Shown here piece by piece: positions 50,611-64,000 of a DNA stretch of 64,000 bases. The notes under the pieces were generated by a model. It ran no database searches and had not been told where the DNA came from. It was given only the letters and a program-made list of their open reading frames with translations. Within the stretch, counting starts at the first letter, position 1, and each line of letters starts with the position of its first letter. The stretch spans positions 258,045,929 to 258,109,928 of the forward strand of contig NC_133620.1 in the NCBI RefSeq assembly GCF_048593235.1, written 5' to 3'. The position numbers and the translations under genes were made by a program. The stretch comes from Sminthopsis crassicaudata. Its lineage: Eukaryota.

Positions 50611-53600
50611 TAGTTGAGCTTAATGTTATGTACATAATACTAATTTAGATATTACTTGTCTTTGTATATTTATATAGAGGAGGAGAATATTTGTGGAACT
50701 GAGTATATTTACTTTGCTTCCATTGGGAGGAACAAAAACTTTGGCTTTACTATTGGATCCTGATGGGTTTTTATGTGTCTCCAAGGTTAAAGGGTGAGCA
50801 TGTTTCCTTCCTCCCTGAGCCAAAGTATGAACGCTCAGATCCATGATAAGTACTCTAGTTCAATCTCTCTGCTACACAAATAAGGTGAAACATTAGGCTC
50901 TGGTCTCAAAGACTTTATAAGTTTAAGCAATACAAGATTTAATGACATCCTGATAACATATATGCCAATCAAAAAACATTATGCACTTACCGTGTGTGTA
51001 TGCCACTGTGCTAAGTGCTGGGAATATGAAGATAAAATAAAAAAGATAGTCCTTGTCTTCAAGTAGTTTACATTCCAGCACAAGTGGACTGAGCTGTCAA
51101 TTGAAGGGATCTACAATCCTTGGATACAAAACTGGAAGAGACCTAGAAATCATTTAGATTTCCCAATCATTTTCAAAGCATTCAATCTGCTCTCTGTTAA
51201 TGACTTCCCCCAGGTCATCGAGGTAGGGGAATAACAGAGATGGTAGCCCAACCCAAGTCCTCAGAAACTAATAATTATTCTTTCCATTAGGACTAATGTA
51301 AAAATAATTCACTCATAAATTATCTCATAAGCATGGCAATGTAGAGGGATAGGATATTATTATAGAAAGAATAGTTCAGACTGGGATTCAAGAAGTTGAA
51401 TCAAGAAGATTTGAACTGAGAGATTCAGAACCTACATTTGACATATACTGGTTTTAGATCCTGGGAAAGGCACTTAATCTATCAATATTCCTAAATAATT
51501 CTCTAAGATTTAAGTTGCAGAATAATTTCCAGTTTGCTTTGGTAGAGGGAATTTCTTCACAGTGGTTTCTCTATGTCAATGAAAACATAGGTCAGGTCCA
51601 AAAAAAAAAAAAAAAGGCATCAAAATGTGTATGAAGTAATAACTGACAAATGGGGGAGCTAGTGGAGAATAAAACCTTGGAGAATGAATGTTGGAGAATA
51701 AGAGCCCCTCCTTTTATTTTGAATATTCAATCATCAGAAAATTTGTTTTCTTCCTCTCCTACCTTCCTATATACTATTGGGGGGGGGGAAGAAAAGTAAA
51801 ACAAAACTCTTATATCAAATATTAATAGTCAAGCAAAACAAATCTCATTGGTCATGCCTAAAACATCTCATTTTGTAACCTGGATCCACAATAGCATGGA
51901 TAGCATGCTTCTTCATTGGCTCTCTGGAATCATGTTGGTCAATAGAATGATCAGTTAAATTTTTCCAAAGTTCTTTGTCTCTATAGTTTTTTATTATAAA
52001 AATTATTTTTCCTGTTCTGTTCTTTTAATTCTACATATTTTCATGTTCATCTTTCCAGATTTCTCTGAAAAATCCCTTTAGCTATTATGGCATAATAGAA
52101 TTCCAGTCATTTTCTCTAATTTATTCAACCATTTTAAAATCAACGGGCATCTCTTTAGTTTCCAGCTATTTACCTCTGGGGGGGGGGGGAAGCTGCTGTA
52201 AATTTTATTTGTATACACATATCCCTTCCTTTTTTTCTTTGATTCTTTGAGATATCTAGGCCTTGAAGTAGAATCTCTGAGTCAAAGGGTATGCACACTT
52301 TTGGGGCATAGTTCCAAATTACTCAGAATGGCAGGACCTATTCTCAGCTTCACCAAGGCATCGATGTGCCTGTTTCCTGAAGCTGCTCTAACATTTGTTA
52401 TTTTCCTTTTGTCAGCTTTAACAATTTGATGAGTGGAGGATGATGGGACCTCCAGGTTGTTTTTAACTTATGTTTTTCTAATTATTAGTTAGACATTTTT
52501 ATGAGGCTACTGAAAGCCTGGATTTCTTCCTCTCAAAATTGCCTGTTCATATAATTTGACCATTTATCAATTGTAGAGTGGTTCTAAGGGGAAACAATCT
52601 TAAAAGGCTCAGTAGGCTTTGGAGGACATTAACATGAAACCCATGTTAATATGTTAGGTGTTGGAGAAGGGGAAAAGGATGGAAAAGTTAGTTTAATTAG
52701 CTCCTGGAAAATGGAAGTGCATTCAAGATTGAAGGGAACGGTCCCTTGGTCACCAAATGACTTTAAATTGTCATGAAGAAAGAAGGGAAATGGGTAGCAA
52801 TCTAGGGTAGTGCTGATGCTGTAGCTGCTCGAATTGAATTGTACGTGTGAGACAAACAGAAGGAGCCCGAGTGGTTCTGAAGGCGCGGGTGGGGGGGAGG
52901 TAGGAGGAGGAGAAGGAGGAGGAGGAACCTGGATGGGCTGATAAGTCCTCAGTAGGGCGGGTTCTGGGATGGGCCATCGGGAGACAGCTGGAGCGCAGGC
53001 GCCGCTCCTGCTGTCACAGCTCTGAGCTGTGGGGCCACCTGCAGAGGCAATTTGCTCTCCTCTGCAGCTCGTCCCTTGGGAGGCTTCTCAGTGGCACCCA
53101 GGCCTTGAACTGGCCAAACAGATGCTCCAGATTAGACGAAGGCAGAGACGACCCCCTTATTTCACTAGGCTGGGAAAAATTATTTCCCACCCCTTTCTCC
53201 TCCTCCTTCTCCTCCTCCTGGGAGGGCAAATGCAGCCGCCCTCGCTTGCCCCTTTGCATGACTGGGTTTCCAGGACACCTGTTGTGGGTCCCAAATAGCA
53301 ACCTCGCCTTTTGGGTTCCGGGGCCGGCCTGCTGGTCTCCGGGAGTGGGCGTGCTTAAATGAGGTGATAAACCAGGGTGGAAAGAGTGGGCTGCAGAGAG
53401 AGGCGGGGAGAGCTGTCCGAGCCAGGGGGCCCTGCAGCATTACATTGAAGGGAGGGGCCGAAGCCCTGGCGGACCTTCTCGTGCTCTACTCCCTTCCATC
53501 TCCTTTCTTTCGCTCTCATCCTCCGCCGAAGCACCCACCCGCCTGCTGCCTTTGCTTCTGCGGCGGCCCGAAATGCCGCAATTGAAAAACGCATCCCAGA

Positions 53601-54091
53601 GCTCAGGCAGGATCTCTTTCCCCTTGTGAGAAACCGAGCATCTTTGCATTGCTCCTTCCGCAGGGTGCGGAAGAAAAGAAGAGTGAGTGGGCACCTCTCC
53701 TGATCCGCCTTCCCCGTCGGCGTTCTGCAGTGGAGTGCAGTGCTTACCCCGCTTTCTCCTCTTCAGCCTGGCTCTTGGCGTTCGCGTGGCCCCTGTGCGG
53801 ACACTAGCCCAGCCGGTCCCTTAAGTCACCGCCCCCTGGCGCACAGTCGGGTTCCCATTGGAGGCTAGGCCAACTGCTCGGGCAGCCAGGCTGGGGAGGG
53901 GTCCTGGGCGTGTCTTTGGACCTCTCTGGGCCGACACTGGCCTTGGGCTTCAAACCTTCTACCCCTTCTGCAGTTTTCTTCCCCTTCCCCTTCTCTAGGT
54001 CCTGGAGGCTGCTTGTGGATTCCAGCCTCGGGGGCCGGTGGGGAGGGGGGAGAGCTGAACTCATCTTTCAGCTTTGAAAGGAACTTGAGCC

Positions 54092-54182
54092 ATGGCGGGT
54101 TACCTGTCCCCGGCTGCATACCTTTACGTAGAGGAACAAGAGTACCTCCAGGCTTATGAAGATGTCCTGGAGCGATACAAAG
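54092..54182 (+). CDS. DST: Dystonin alternative first coding exon (isoform-1 N-terminus): [30 protein letters not shown]+G
   Basis: Strong Kozak gagccATGG; 91 nt; donor AAG|gtaccg in phase 1; matches the recalled DST isoform-1 N-terminus; shorter than the ORF-track cutoff. Confidence 0.97.
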
Positions 54183-54359
54183 GTACCGTGACTCCGCTGG
54201 TTTCGGACCTGCTTGGGTACTGCCCTGTATTTCCTTCCAGGGACAGCTCTTAAGGATTTATTTTACATTATTGGGGGGGAGGGAAAAAGGAAAGAAAGAA
54301 ACCCTAGAACCTTTGGTTAAAAGTAAACAGGTGTTAGGACCAATAGTGGTGCTGATAGT

Positions 54360-54377
54360 GGGGCGGGGGTGGGTGGG
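54360..54377 (+). other. Canonical G-quadruplex motif GGGGCGGGGGTGGGTGGG
   Basis: Four G-tracts with 1-nt loops, ~180 nt into the intron. Confidence 0.7.
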
Positions 54378-57300
54378 TAGAAACCCTAGTCTACTTTTTA
54401 GATGAAATACCGTCAGTCCCAGAGCAGAGCCAGCAGGGTGGGGGTGGCGGCTTCGGAGACGCCCTTAGATTGACCGTGGTGCTTTCTTGAGGGGGCTTTA
54501 TTGCCAGGGAGGAGTCTGATGCTTTCTTTTTTTTCTAAAAGCTCTTAAGCTGCGCCTAATTCTTTCCGGCGTCTCCTATACCTCCGACAGCCCAAAGAGA
54601 TTATCTTGAGATGCTGCAGCTCGGGCTTGGTTTACTATATTAGTTCATGTCAGAGAAAATTAGACATTTTCTGAAATTCATTAAACGTAGCATCACTTCT
54701 GGAAAGATCACTAGTTCATTTCCCTTTGAAATTAAGTTCGTGTGTATATATATGTATATACAGGTTCCTGTTTTCACGTGACATGACAATGTCTAAATTG
54801 GTTGATAAACGAGGGATTTTAATTACTGAGAAATCTTTCTAATTTAATTGCATATAGTTCATTTTATGTGTGCTTTTCCTCCCTGAGCTTAATGTGTGTG
54901 TGTGTGTCTATATATAGAGAGACACACATATACAAAATACCTGGTAAACATTGATTTTCAGTATTGTGTTAATGTTAAATTTTAACTGTGAAGATAGATT
55001 ATTAGATAAAACAAAGTTTCACCTTTTAAAGTCTTTTTGGAACTAGAATGTAAATATCAAGGCATAGCTGAAACATATCTTTGTAGCGTCTCTTATAACA
55101 ATTAAAAAAATTGAATAGTTGGTAAATGTATGGTGGGTTATAGAGACTTTCAGCATTAGCAATGTTTTTATGTTTCCGGTGAAATTCAGACCATATTACA
55201 TTTTTTCAAATGAGTATGTGAGGCTAAGTCATAGACCTTTCATATACTGGATGAAAATCAAGTAGTTAAAATGCAACACAACTCTTCACTCATTAATGGT
55301 TTTAATATTTAATTGTTAATGATTTTATGCTAGTGGGAAAAATTAACAGGAAGAACTGAAAAACAAAGAATATTTTCTTTCTGGTGGTCTGAGTGAAATA
55401 TAAACAGTGTAGTAACTTATAATTCCTTTGTGCAAAGTGAAGCTGCTAAGCAGGTGAAACAATACAAGACTGGTTTGGTACTATTTACAAAATTGATGTA
55501 AGTTATGAGAATCCTTCAGTTTTTTATGGGAAGCCATATCATTGTTTTTCTAACAATCTCTCAAAAGTAACCTTGCATTACTGGTCAGTACATTTGGGAA
55601 AGAAATCAATTATCTTTTTAAATTTAATTTTTAAAATTTATACATTGAAAATGGATTTTGCTATAAAACTTAAACTGAGATTCTAGTAAAGTGTTTTTTT
55701 AACCAACCTAATTACTTGTATGCAATATGAATTATGGATTTTAAGCAGAAATAGTTGAAATATCAATGTAGTTATAAGTAGATTTTCAAAGAGCATATGC
55801 TTTATAGAAAATATCATTTTTCACATGAAATTCAGGAACTGAAAATACCATTGCTTAATTATTTTAATCGGTTTGCTTAATCATTTACAATTCTCAGCAT
55901 TTTAATATTTTTAAAATACTTTTACAGTTATATATTTAGTATTTCAATAAGATACTTTCAATGAAAGTCTTCTTCAATGTCTTCTTTTTTGCTTACTTAT
56001 TCTTTTTGGATATAAATAAATATTTGTCTTGATCTGTCCTATATTGTATTACTCTTGATCATTGGAAAGAAGATAGACATATTGGCTAGTGGACAACATG
56101 AAAAAATTGGAGTCCTGGAAAACACATTATTTTCCAATGTGTTTTTAAGCCAGTTATGATTTCCCATCAGTATCCCAATAGGATGACCTCACTACAGTGC
56201 TCATTCTACTGATGACTTGCTGTGGGAGCTGATCTAATCAGAAAAGAATTGTAAGCTTTCACTAGGGGAGTGCCGGTTTACTAAACTTTAAGCTATCATT
56301 GGTGATCTTTTGAAAGCATATGTTATAGCAAGCATTTTGAACTCCCATTTGAACTCAGAATGGCTGTGTGTACATACACATACACAAGCACACACCCTTG
56401 TTACAGAGAATAGCTAGCTTTGTGTTCACAAAGAATGTTTTGGGGTCATCAAGTCATAGTATGTGCCTCAGCTGTTGTATAATATAAGAGGTAGAGTCAG
56501 TTGTAACTAATTCAAAATTTGTCTGAAACATGGACCCTCAGAATCAACTGAAGCCAAGTGAGGAAAAATTATTTGGGAGTTGAGGTAGCTCAAAGTTCTT
56601 AGATGGTCTTAGATTGTTTTCAATGTTCTAGAACATTGTAGAAAAACAAGAATAATGACAAATGAATCCTAAATAATTTGTATTATCTGCCAATTCTTAT
56701 CTCTCTCTGTCTTGATCCTTTTATTCTGACTGTAAATGGCCAACTGTGTGCTAAATTAGGGTAAGCACAGAATACTTGTTTGCTACACAGAGACCTGTGC
56801 AGTATTCTGATTCATAGTCTACTATTGATGCTTATAAAACTGATTCATAGCCAGAATATCCATGACCTCCAATTTTTTTTTAAAGCAATAACATAAAATC
56901 ACATTGCCTCAGCCACTGCCAAAATTGGATTGAATAAAGCCAGTTATTCATGAAGAAAAAAATTGCTTCTTTGTTATTATTTATTTTAAGGGTTGTCAAG
57001 GGCAATGCCTTTGTTTTGATATCTGTAATAAATTATCCAGAACATTTGCTTTATAGAATAAAATATGTTATTTTTGTTTATAACTCAGCATGGAAGACAC
57101 ATGGAATGATTTGCACAAAGGAATGGATGAATGCCTAAATAATATTGTTTTATTTTAAAGAGTTAGACTGGCCTAAAGCATTGGTCACATTAATGAGATG
57201 CCATTTAAATCTACATCTATCAGCTACTAGGATATGTTTTAGTGAGGTTTTATGTTTTCTCTTCCTGTTTTTTTTTTTTAAACCAGATCTGTGATTTCAT

Positions 57301-59505
57301 AGTTATAAGTAATTCCTGGTGCAGAACTTCCTATCCAAAAGCACAGCAGCATCTTTTTTTTTTTTTTTTTTTTCCTTCCCCAATTCTTACTCTTTGAGAG
57401 TTGCCTGGGGCCTGATTGGTTAAGTAACTTGTCAGAATACTTGGGACTTGAACCAGATCCTTTGGATTTCAAGATTGACTCTGCCATACTGCCTCTCTAA
57501 GACTCCTTCCCTCCCCGACTTTTTTGACTTATTTCATTCATCATAATGACATCCACTCAAACTTTATCAAAGTTTCAATCAAATGTCATTCTGTAATAGG
57601 TCTTTACTGACATATTAGATAATATTATATAATTTAATCACTATAGTTGTTGGTTCCCCAACCAAATCAAATATGGTAGGATAGGTGGAAGAATCCCATT
57701 TTGAGAGATGGAAGCCACATGTCCAGTTCCTGCCCTGCTGTTTGCTGAATGACACTAGATAAGTTATTTAATTTCTCTAGGCTTTAGTTTCTTCTTTAGC
57801 AAAATTGAAGTTGAATGGGATGGTGGTGGTTTAAAATGGAGGGCAGGATTGATCTCTAAAAACCAATACATCTCTAATATTCTGGTTTCAAAGTCATGAA
57901 GTCTTGGGTTTAAGTTTTGCCTCTGATACATCCTGATTGTGTGACTCTTTGGCAAAATACTTCACCCTTCAATGCCTCTGACAATTCTCTAAGACTATAA
58001 GCTATAGATTAATTATTGATATGCACAGGTAGAGTGGTTTCCTTGTTAACAGTTCCTTAGATCAGTGAAATCACAGATCTAGTTCTCAATTTTAAAAAAT
58101 TAACAAATTACAGTAAATTGGGGGAATTGTCCTAACCTCAATAGATAGACTGCACAGAAAATTGGACTAGCTGATTTTTGAGATCCCTTCTAACTGAAAG
58201 TTAATGCCATTGTCTCCAAAATCTTTTAAAATATAAAAATCACAATATTCCCAAGAATCAAAGCAGTATCATAGATTGTGACAATTGCCTTCAAAATTAA
58301 GTTTATTTCCTTAAGAAAATCCTTCTAAAGAGAGTTTTTGCCTTGGGTGTTTTGAATCACCTCTTGCTCTTCTGCTTGTCAGGGCCACATCTATTTGTTT
58401 GCTGATAGCCTGCCTCTGAGGATTGTTTCAAATATAATTTTCATTTCAGTGGATTACTAGAGTCTGGCTTTATCCAGGCTTGGTTGGCAAAGATCCAAAA
58501 AATATTAGTTTCTCCCAATAATTTCTTTGTGTAAGATCACTCTGACTCGTATTTGTAGGTCAAATGTTACATAGCTCCTTCACAGTTGTGTAGACATAGA
58601 ACCAGTCCGTAGTTAGGGCTGAGATGTTTTTTTCCATCTCCATCTTTAGTTCCTACTCTCTGTTCAGCAGTGCCCAAGAAATATCAGTGACAATATAGGA
58701 TCCATAGGACTGGCCACAATGGTATTATAAAAATTATTCACTTACGGTTGAGAGATCTGGATAATTGTTTCATCCATATTACTTATTTAGACATTTTATA
58801 GACTTTGATTAGAAGTCTCCCCTAATCTAAGGCAATCCAACAATAATATATCAAGCACTTGAGGATCCAAAGACAAAAAAAATATTTGCCCTACATGAGC
58901 CTTACATTTTTCAGAGGGAGGGAAATGAAAAAGTAACTAATTTTCACCTTGGATAGTATAATTGGTAAATTTTGGATAAAATTATTTTTCTCATGATAGC
59001 AGGCTTAGGTACACAAGACATATGAAGAGATCTGATGACATGGATCTATCAGCTTGTATTTGTAGCACAAGGAACAAAATTTTTTGAAAGATACTATCTC
59101 ATTTGTGCATGCTTTGGAAGAAGCATTCAATTTGAATGCTACTGCTGTGGGGAACTGGAATATTTGACCAAATGGTCATCTTGAAATGAGAAACCATAAT
59201 ACAATCTAACAGGTCTAAAGCCAAATTCTTCAGAGCTGACTGGGAAAGAGAAGGTCCTGGCAGCCATAGTCTTACCATCAGGTCACTTATTTAAATCTTA
59301 CTTTAAGAATTTGTGCCATTGACTGTTGCAAATAGAAAGGCATCCTAGTTCAATAGCACTCTACATCTACTGAGAAAGGTGAAGGGAATAGTAAAAATAA
59401 ATACTCTTAGAACATCTCTCTATTTTTGTGTAGGCTTTTTAGAAAAATATGACGACCTTCCATATTTATAATGTTTACTTGCTGAGATGTTTCACGAGGT
59501 ATGAA

Positions 59506-60175
59506 ATCAACCCAACAGGTCTTTATTAAACATCAAATATGTGCTTAGGCATTGTGGATACAAAGCCAGAAATGAAAAATCCCTATTTTTAAGGAAATTA
59601 CATTCTTCTATTATTATACATGAACATGGATGCATAAATATAATATACAAATAAATAAAATAAATCCAAAATAAATTTGGTTGGGAAATTATTAACAACT
59701 AAAGAATGATGGCAATTGGTAAGAATCTATTGTAGTGTGGCACTTGTTTTGAATTTTGAATGGGAGCTCAAGAGATTGAAGTGAAAAAGGGAGAAGATTA
59801 CAGACATGGGAAATAGCTTTTGAAAAGATGTACAATTAATTTAGAAAGATTGCTTGGAATCATATTGTGGAGAACTTTAAATGATGGAGGAATGTGTACT
59901 TTATTCTTTAGGTAATAGGGAGCCATTCAAATCTCTTGAGGAAAGAAAGTGATATGATTAAACCTGTACTTTTAGACAGCTGTGTGGAGATGGATTGAAG
60001 GAGTGAGATGTTAGAGTCAGGGATTCAATTAGAATAATTCAGTATAGTGCAACTATTGTACTAGTTCAGACTAGAGGTAATGAAGGCCTGAACTAGAATG
60101 GTGGCCATATAAATGGAGAGAAGGGAGACAGATGTTGAATACTGGAGAATTAGAATGATTAAAATTTGGCTATTA
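59506..60175 (-). mobile_element. L2 3' portion
   Basis: aatcaacccaacaggtctttattaaacatc...aggcattgtggatacaaag; ctagttcagactagaggtaatgaaggcctgaactag. Confidence 0.75.
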
Positions 60176-61899
60176 ATTTGTGTGAGGGAAAATTTAAAAA
60201 AAATTGGTCAAGCACATAATTTGGTTTAGTCATTTTACATTTTAAGTCCAGAGCAAAACCAGTTACTTCTACCCCTCAGGATTATAGGAATTGGGAGTGA
60301 CTTTCATTTTATTAGTTCAAGTTCTCATTCTGGTCTGATCCTTCAATTGTTAGACGGCCTGTGATTAATGTTCCTTTTCCATTTAATGTTAATTAGCATT
60401 TCAAAGGATTTTAACTTTAATTATACAACAAGGACAGAAATATCTACTCTTAGCCACATCTGAAGATACATTTTCCTCTCTTATACCTTGATTCCTAGGG
60501 ACTAGGGGCTCAGACTTAATACCATTTTTATGTAGCATTCATTCTACCAAGTTCACTTGCAAATGTAGCACTTCCAAATGATAAGTGAGTCCCTATCTCA
60601 GCTGACTGAGGGCTCTAGTTTCTTAATCTGGGACTGGCTAGAAACCCAGCCTGGCCTCTAATCATAGATTTTGCATAGCTTACTTTTTTAAACTTTCAAA
60701 ACTTACTTGGCAGCAACCATCTCCCATCTTCTTCATTAGCTAAAAACTGGGGTCCAGAGACAAAGAAGCAACAATAGGGCCATATGCTCTTAGCTTCATT
60801 CCAGATCCAGGTAATAGAGGGCCTGAGTTGCCTTCCCCACATAAAGGGCATTAACTCTTCTTCCTTCTCTGCTTTTAGCAGGTGTAGAAATACACTAAGA
60901 AATTAGTCCTAGATAACTAAAGCCTTTTGGCCCAATTTTTCATGGATGTGTAGCCAAATGAAAAGTTCCTTTCACTGAAGGGATGGCAAACTGAAAACAA
61001 TTGCAGGATCTTTGTATGTGCTCCAAATATCTCTAAGATACTTCTCTTATGTCTTCATACCTTCCCCAAGTACCTCTGTCTCTTCCAGATGGAAGATTGT
61101 ATAAACCACACCACCTGAGCATAATCCTAAGGATTGGGTTTATTGGCCAGTCCTTTATTATATAGATTTTTAAAAATTCCTTACTTATAGACAAGATGGC
61201 TTCCTGATTTAGAGGCTGACTACTCAGTTCCCATATACTCTTTCCAGTAAAACCCTAAATTTCATACTAGACCAAATGATCAATAAGTTAAATTAGAAAC
61301 TATAATCAATGACTGCTTTCACAATCCAGAATTATACATAACTTTAGCTGTAAACTTAAGAAAAATAAGGAAGAGGACCTCCACAAAGTCAGTGCCAATG
61401 TAAAGTTGCCTTTCTCTCAGAGATGGGCTAGCAAAATGTCTAACTTGTATGACTTTGTATCTATAGTCAACTAAAGTAGAAGTCCCCATATAAAACTTTA
61501 TCATGGTCAGAAAGCTGTAGAGTAGGGACTTTGGAAACCCTGAGTAATATCAGCACAGCAATAAGTACAGCAACATAGTTCTTAGTCCAACCTCAGAGGT
61601 CTCTAACATTCTGTTGTAAAATGCCATATTGGACTATGAGAATCCAGACAAAAATCCAGTGGGGACTAATTTAGGAGACCCTAGCTGAGACAAAGTTGAA
61701 CCAATTATTTCCACTAAAAAAATTAGCAATGAGCAGAGCTTTGGTCTCAGAATATAGCTCCATTTCAGGAAACAAAACTGGAGAGAGGAGCAAATAAAAG
61801 AAAATACCCCCAAAGTATTACAAAAATCATTATAACTTTAGAGATCTCAAGTAGAAGAGCTAGGTATTTAGTAACAACTACAAGTTGTGATTAAAGTAA

Positions 61900-63960
61900 A
61901 AGGATAGATTTTCCAAAAGAAATACATGATTACCTAGAAGATAGGAAGCAAAAGATTTAAAAAAGGGAAAGAATTGAAAAGAGAATAAACAGCTTGAAAA
62001 GAAAGTGTTAAAAATCCATTTAAACAATGGATTCTCTGAAAGGTAGGATAGAACAAGCAAAAATCAGTATGGTATGACATAGCTGAACATTTTAGGGGGG
62101 GAAAGCAGATTAAAAAATAGAATAAAATGTTAGATATATTTAAAAAAAGCTCATCTGGAAAACAGCTCAAGGAGAGGTCATTTTAAAATCATTGAGCTCT
62201 TTGAACACTACCATAAAAAGAAAAACTTTGGACGTGGCTTCACAAAATCATAAATGTAACTTCTTAAATCTTAAATCTATTGGAATCAGAGAGCAAATTA
62301 AAGAAAGAACTGACTGATCACCTCTTGAAAGAAACCCCAAAAGGAAAAAAAATCTCAGAATAAAAATAAAAAGCTCTTATATTAAATAAGAATACTGCAG
62401 ACGTATGGAAAGCAGCTAAAGCACTAATGAAATAAATTCAGGATCACATAAGACTTGCAGCTTCTACACTAACTGAGAAGAAACTTAGGATGCATTATTC
62501 CTACAGGCAAAAGATAAAAGTTTGCAAGCAAGGAGGATTTAACCTGCAAAGTTAAATGTAATCCTATAAGGGAAAAATGGATCTTTAATGAAATAGATGG
62601 CTTTCAATCATTTCTAATAAAAAAATCTGAGTGACCATTTGGAAGGAGCTGAACAATGATGTAAGTAGAAAAGAATAATATGTTTCTTCAGAAGTTTAAT
62701 ATCTTTAAAGGGTGTTGGAGGAAGTTAAGAAAAACAGATTTTGGGAAGAGGGTGCTAGATTTCATTTTATTTTCCTGAAGGTTTGCATAAGGGAAAGAGA
62801 AGGGAGAGTAAAAGGAACAACAATCTAGTAAAGACAAAAGAAAGGAGGGAATAGGATTTGCTATTTCCCATCATTAGGATCTGTGAGAATTGTACAAATA
62901 GGGCCTGATGGGTATAGGAACTTGCATCACAAGAACTCCAGTCTCACTTCAAATGAACACAAAGATGGTTGAACATATACAGCCACATGTAGTTGTTTAT
63001 AGAAATATATCAAACTCAGGGGAGGGGCTCAGTTAAGAGGGATGATAAAATTGAGGAAAGAATAGCTGCAGCAAGTGCCCTGGTTCTGGTGGAGGTAAGT
63101 ATCAGGAGGGAAAAAAGAAAAACATAAAGCTGGAATCTGAATATATATCAGTCAGTTGGCTAAACAAATTGTGATATATAAATATGATGAGATATTATTG
63201 TGCTGTAAAATTGCCTTGAGACAATTTCTTTGAATCTTGGAAAATATGAATTGATGTATTGAAGGGAGGAGAACTAGTAAAACATTTTATATGTGGAGAA
63301 CAACATTGTAAATTAAAGCCCAAGACTCCAGATTTGTCATTTCTGGACTTAGTCAAGGTAAATTAAATCAAAGCGATGATCAACTTTGTCTTCAGAGTAT
63401 CTGTAGAGAAACATTTTTCACATATGTATTCACATAAATAGGCACAGGTGCAAATAAAAATGTATAAATATATTATCTAACAGAATCAAATGGTGATGAG
63501 TTAAGAGGAAGAGAAACATAGGAGAGAGGAGTCATAAGCAATATCTTCATCTAATATACACACTAAGTTTAGAGAGAAGCAAAAAGGGGGGGGAACAAAT
63601 GGTATCATAGGAAGATTCATATTTCCACATGGAATCCATTTCTGCTTTCTATATGGGAATGTCTTTGGGATGTTTGTGTTTAGTATAAATTTTAAAAATT
63701 CTTCTATTTACTTTTCTATGAAAAAGAGAAAAGAATAAAGTCACTAGAATCTAGATAGACTCTTAGAAAATTGGGGAATGGTTGAATAAATTGTGGTATA
63801 TGAATATATTGAATATTATTATGTGGTAAGCAATTATGAAAGAGATAATTTCAGAGATTCCTGAATAATATGAATTTAGCAGAAAAAAAAAGTTTATACA
63901 AAGCCAACAACATTATAAAGAACAACAATTTTGAAAATCCAAGAACCTCAGTCAGTTCAG
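61900..63960 (+). mobile_element. Old L1/HAL1-type remnants: ORF1, linker and two ORF2-end/3'UTR pieces
   Basis: ORF1 motifs (agacttgcagcttctacact = DLAASTL; gggaaaaatggatctttaatgaaatagatg); ttggctaaacaaattgtgatat (~63155) and ggttgaataaattgtggtatatg (~63780) = WLNKLWY. Confidence 0.65.
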
Positions 63961-64000
63961 TGACCTTTTATTTCTAAATGATCCATGTTGAAATATGATG

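Larger units (their letters stand above)
52861..54620. promoter_or_regulatory. DST: CpG island / promoter of the DST isoform-1 first exon
   Basis: Abrupt rise in GC and CpG against an AT-rich, CpG-poor background; GC boxes (gggcgg, ggcgggg); overlaps the exon at 54092. Confidence 0.9.

Noticed and set aside
53014-54119. Cluster of 73-95-aa ORFs on both strands in the CpG island
   Set aside because: Expected from GC-rich, stop-poor sequence; no recognisable domains. The ATG at 53573 gives only an 18-aa peptide, and its nearby donor-like site is phase 2, incompatible with DST.
56205-56235. C/D-box snoRNA-like TGATGA...CTGA
   Set aside because: The boxes are only ~20 nt apart and there is no terminal stem

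Overview
AT-rich marsupial genomic DNA. The repeat content (MAR1/WSINE1/Ther-2-type CORE-SINEs, RTE, marsupial L1) suggests a dasyurid such as Tasmanian devil, but the species is an inference. There are two assembly gaps. The window lies in the 5' region of dystonin (DST/BPAG1) on the + strand. It holds the 208-nt coding exon SSGNASYRCSMSSSADF...AERAVLRIA (46466-46673), a candidate upstream exon ending in a bare ATG (46312-46314), and the CpG-island first exon [10 protein letters not shown]...LERYK (54092-54182), which the ORF track missed. The rest is intron filled with L1, L2, CR1, RTE, SINEs, hAT MITEs, a deleted ERV1 provirus and microsatellites. The most notable unannotated item is a decayed sushi-ichi/PEG10-like Ty3/Gypsy relic with gag, protease and RT motifs in order (about 1961-3380). 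Other notable items are a 97%-identical inverted duplication inside an old L1, ORF1-only (HAL1-like) LINEs, and cryptic splice architecture around the DST alternative starts. No CRISPR array or RNA gene was recognised. Repeat subfamily names and comparator protein sequences are recalled from memory, not searched.
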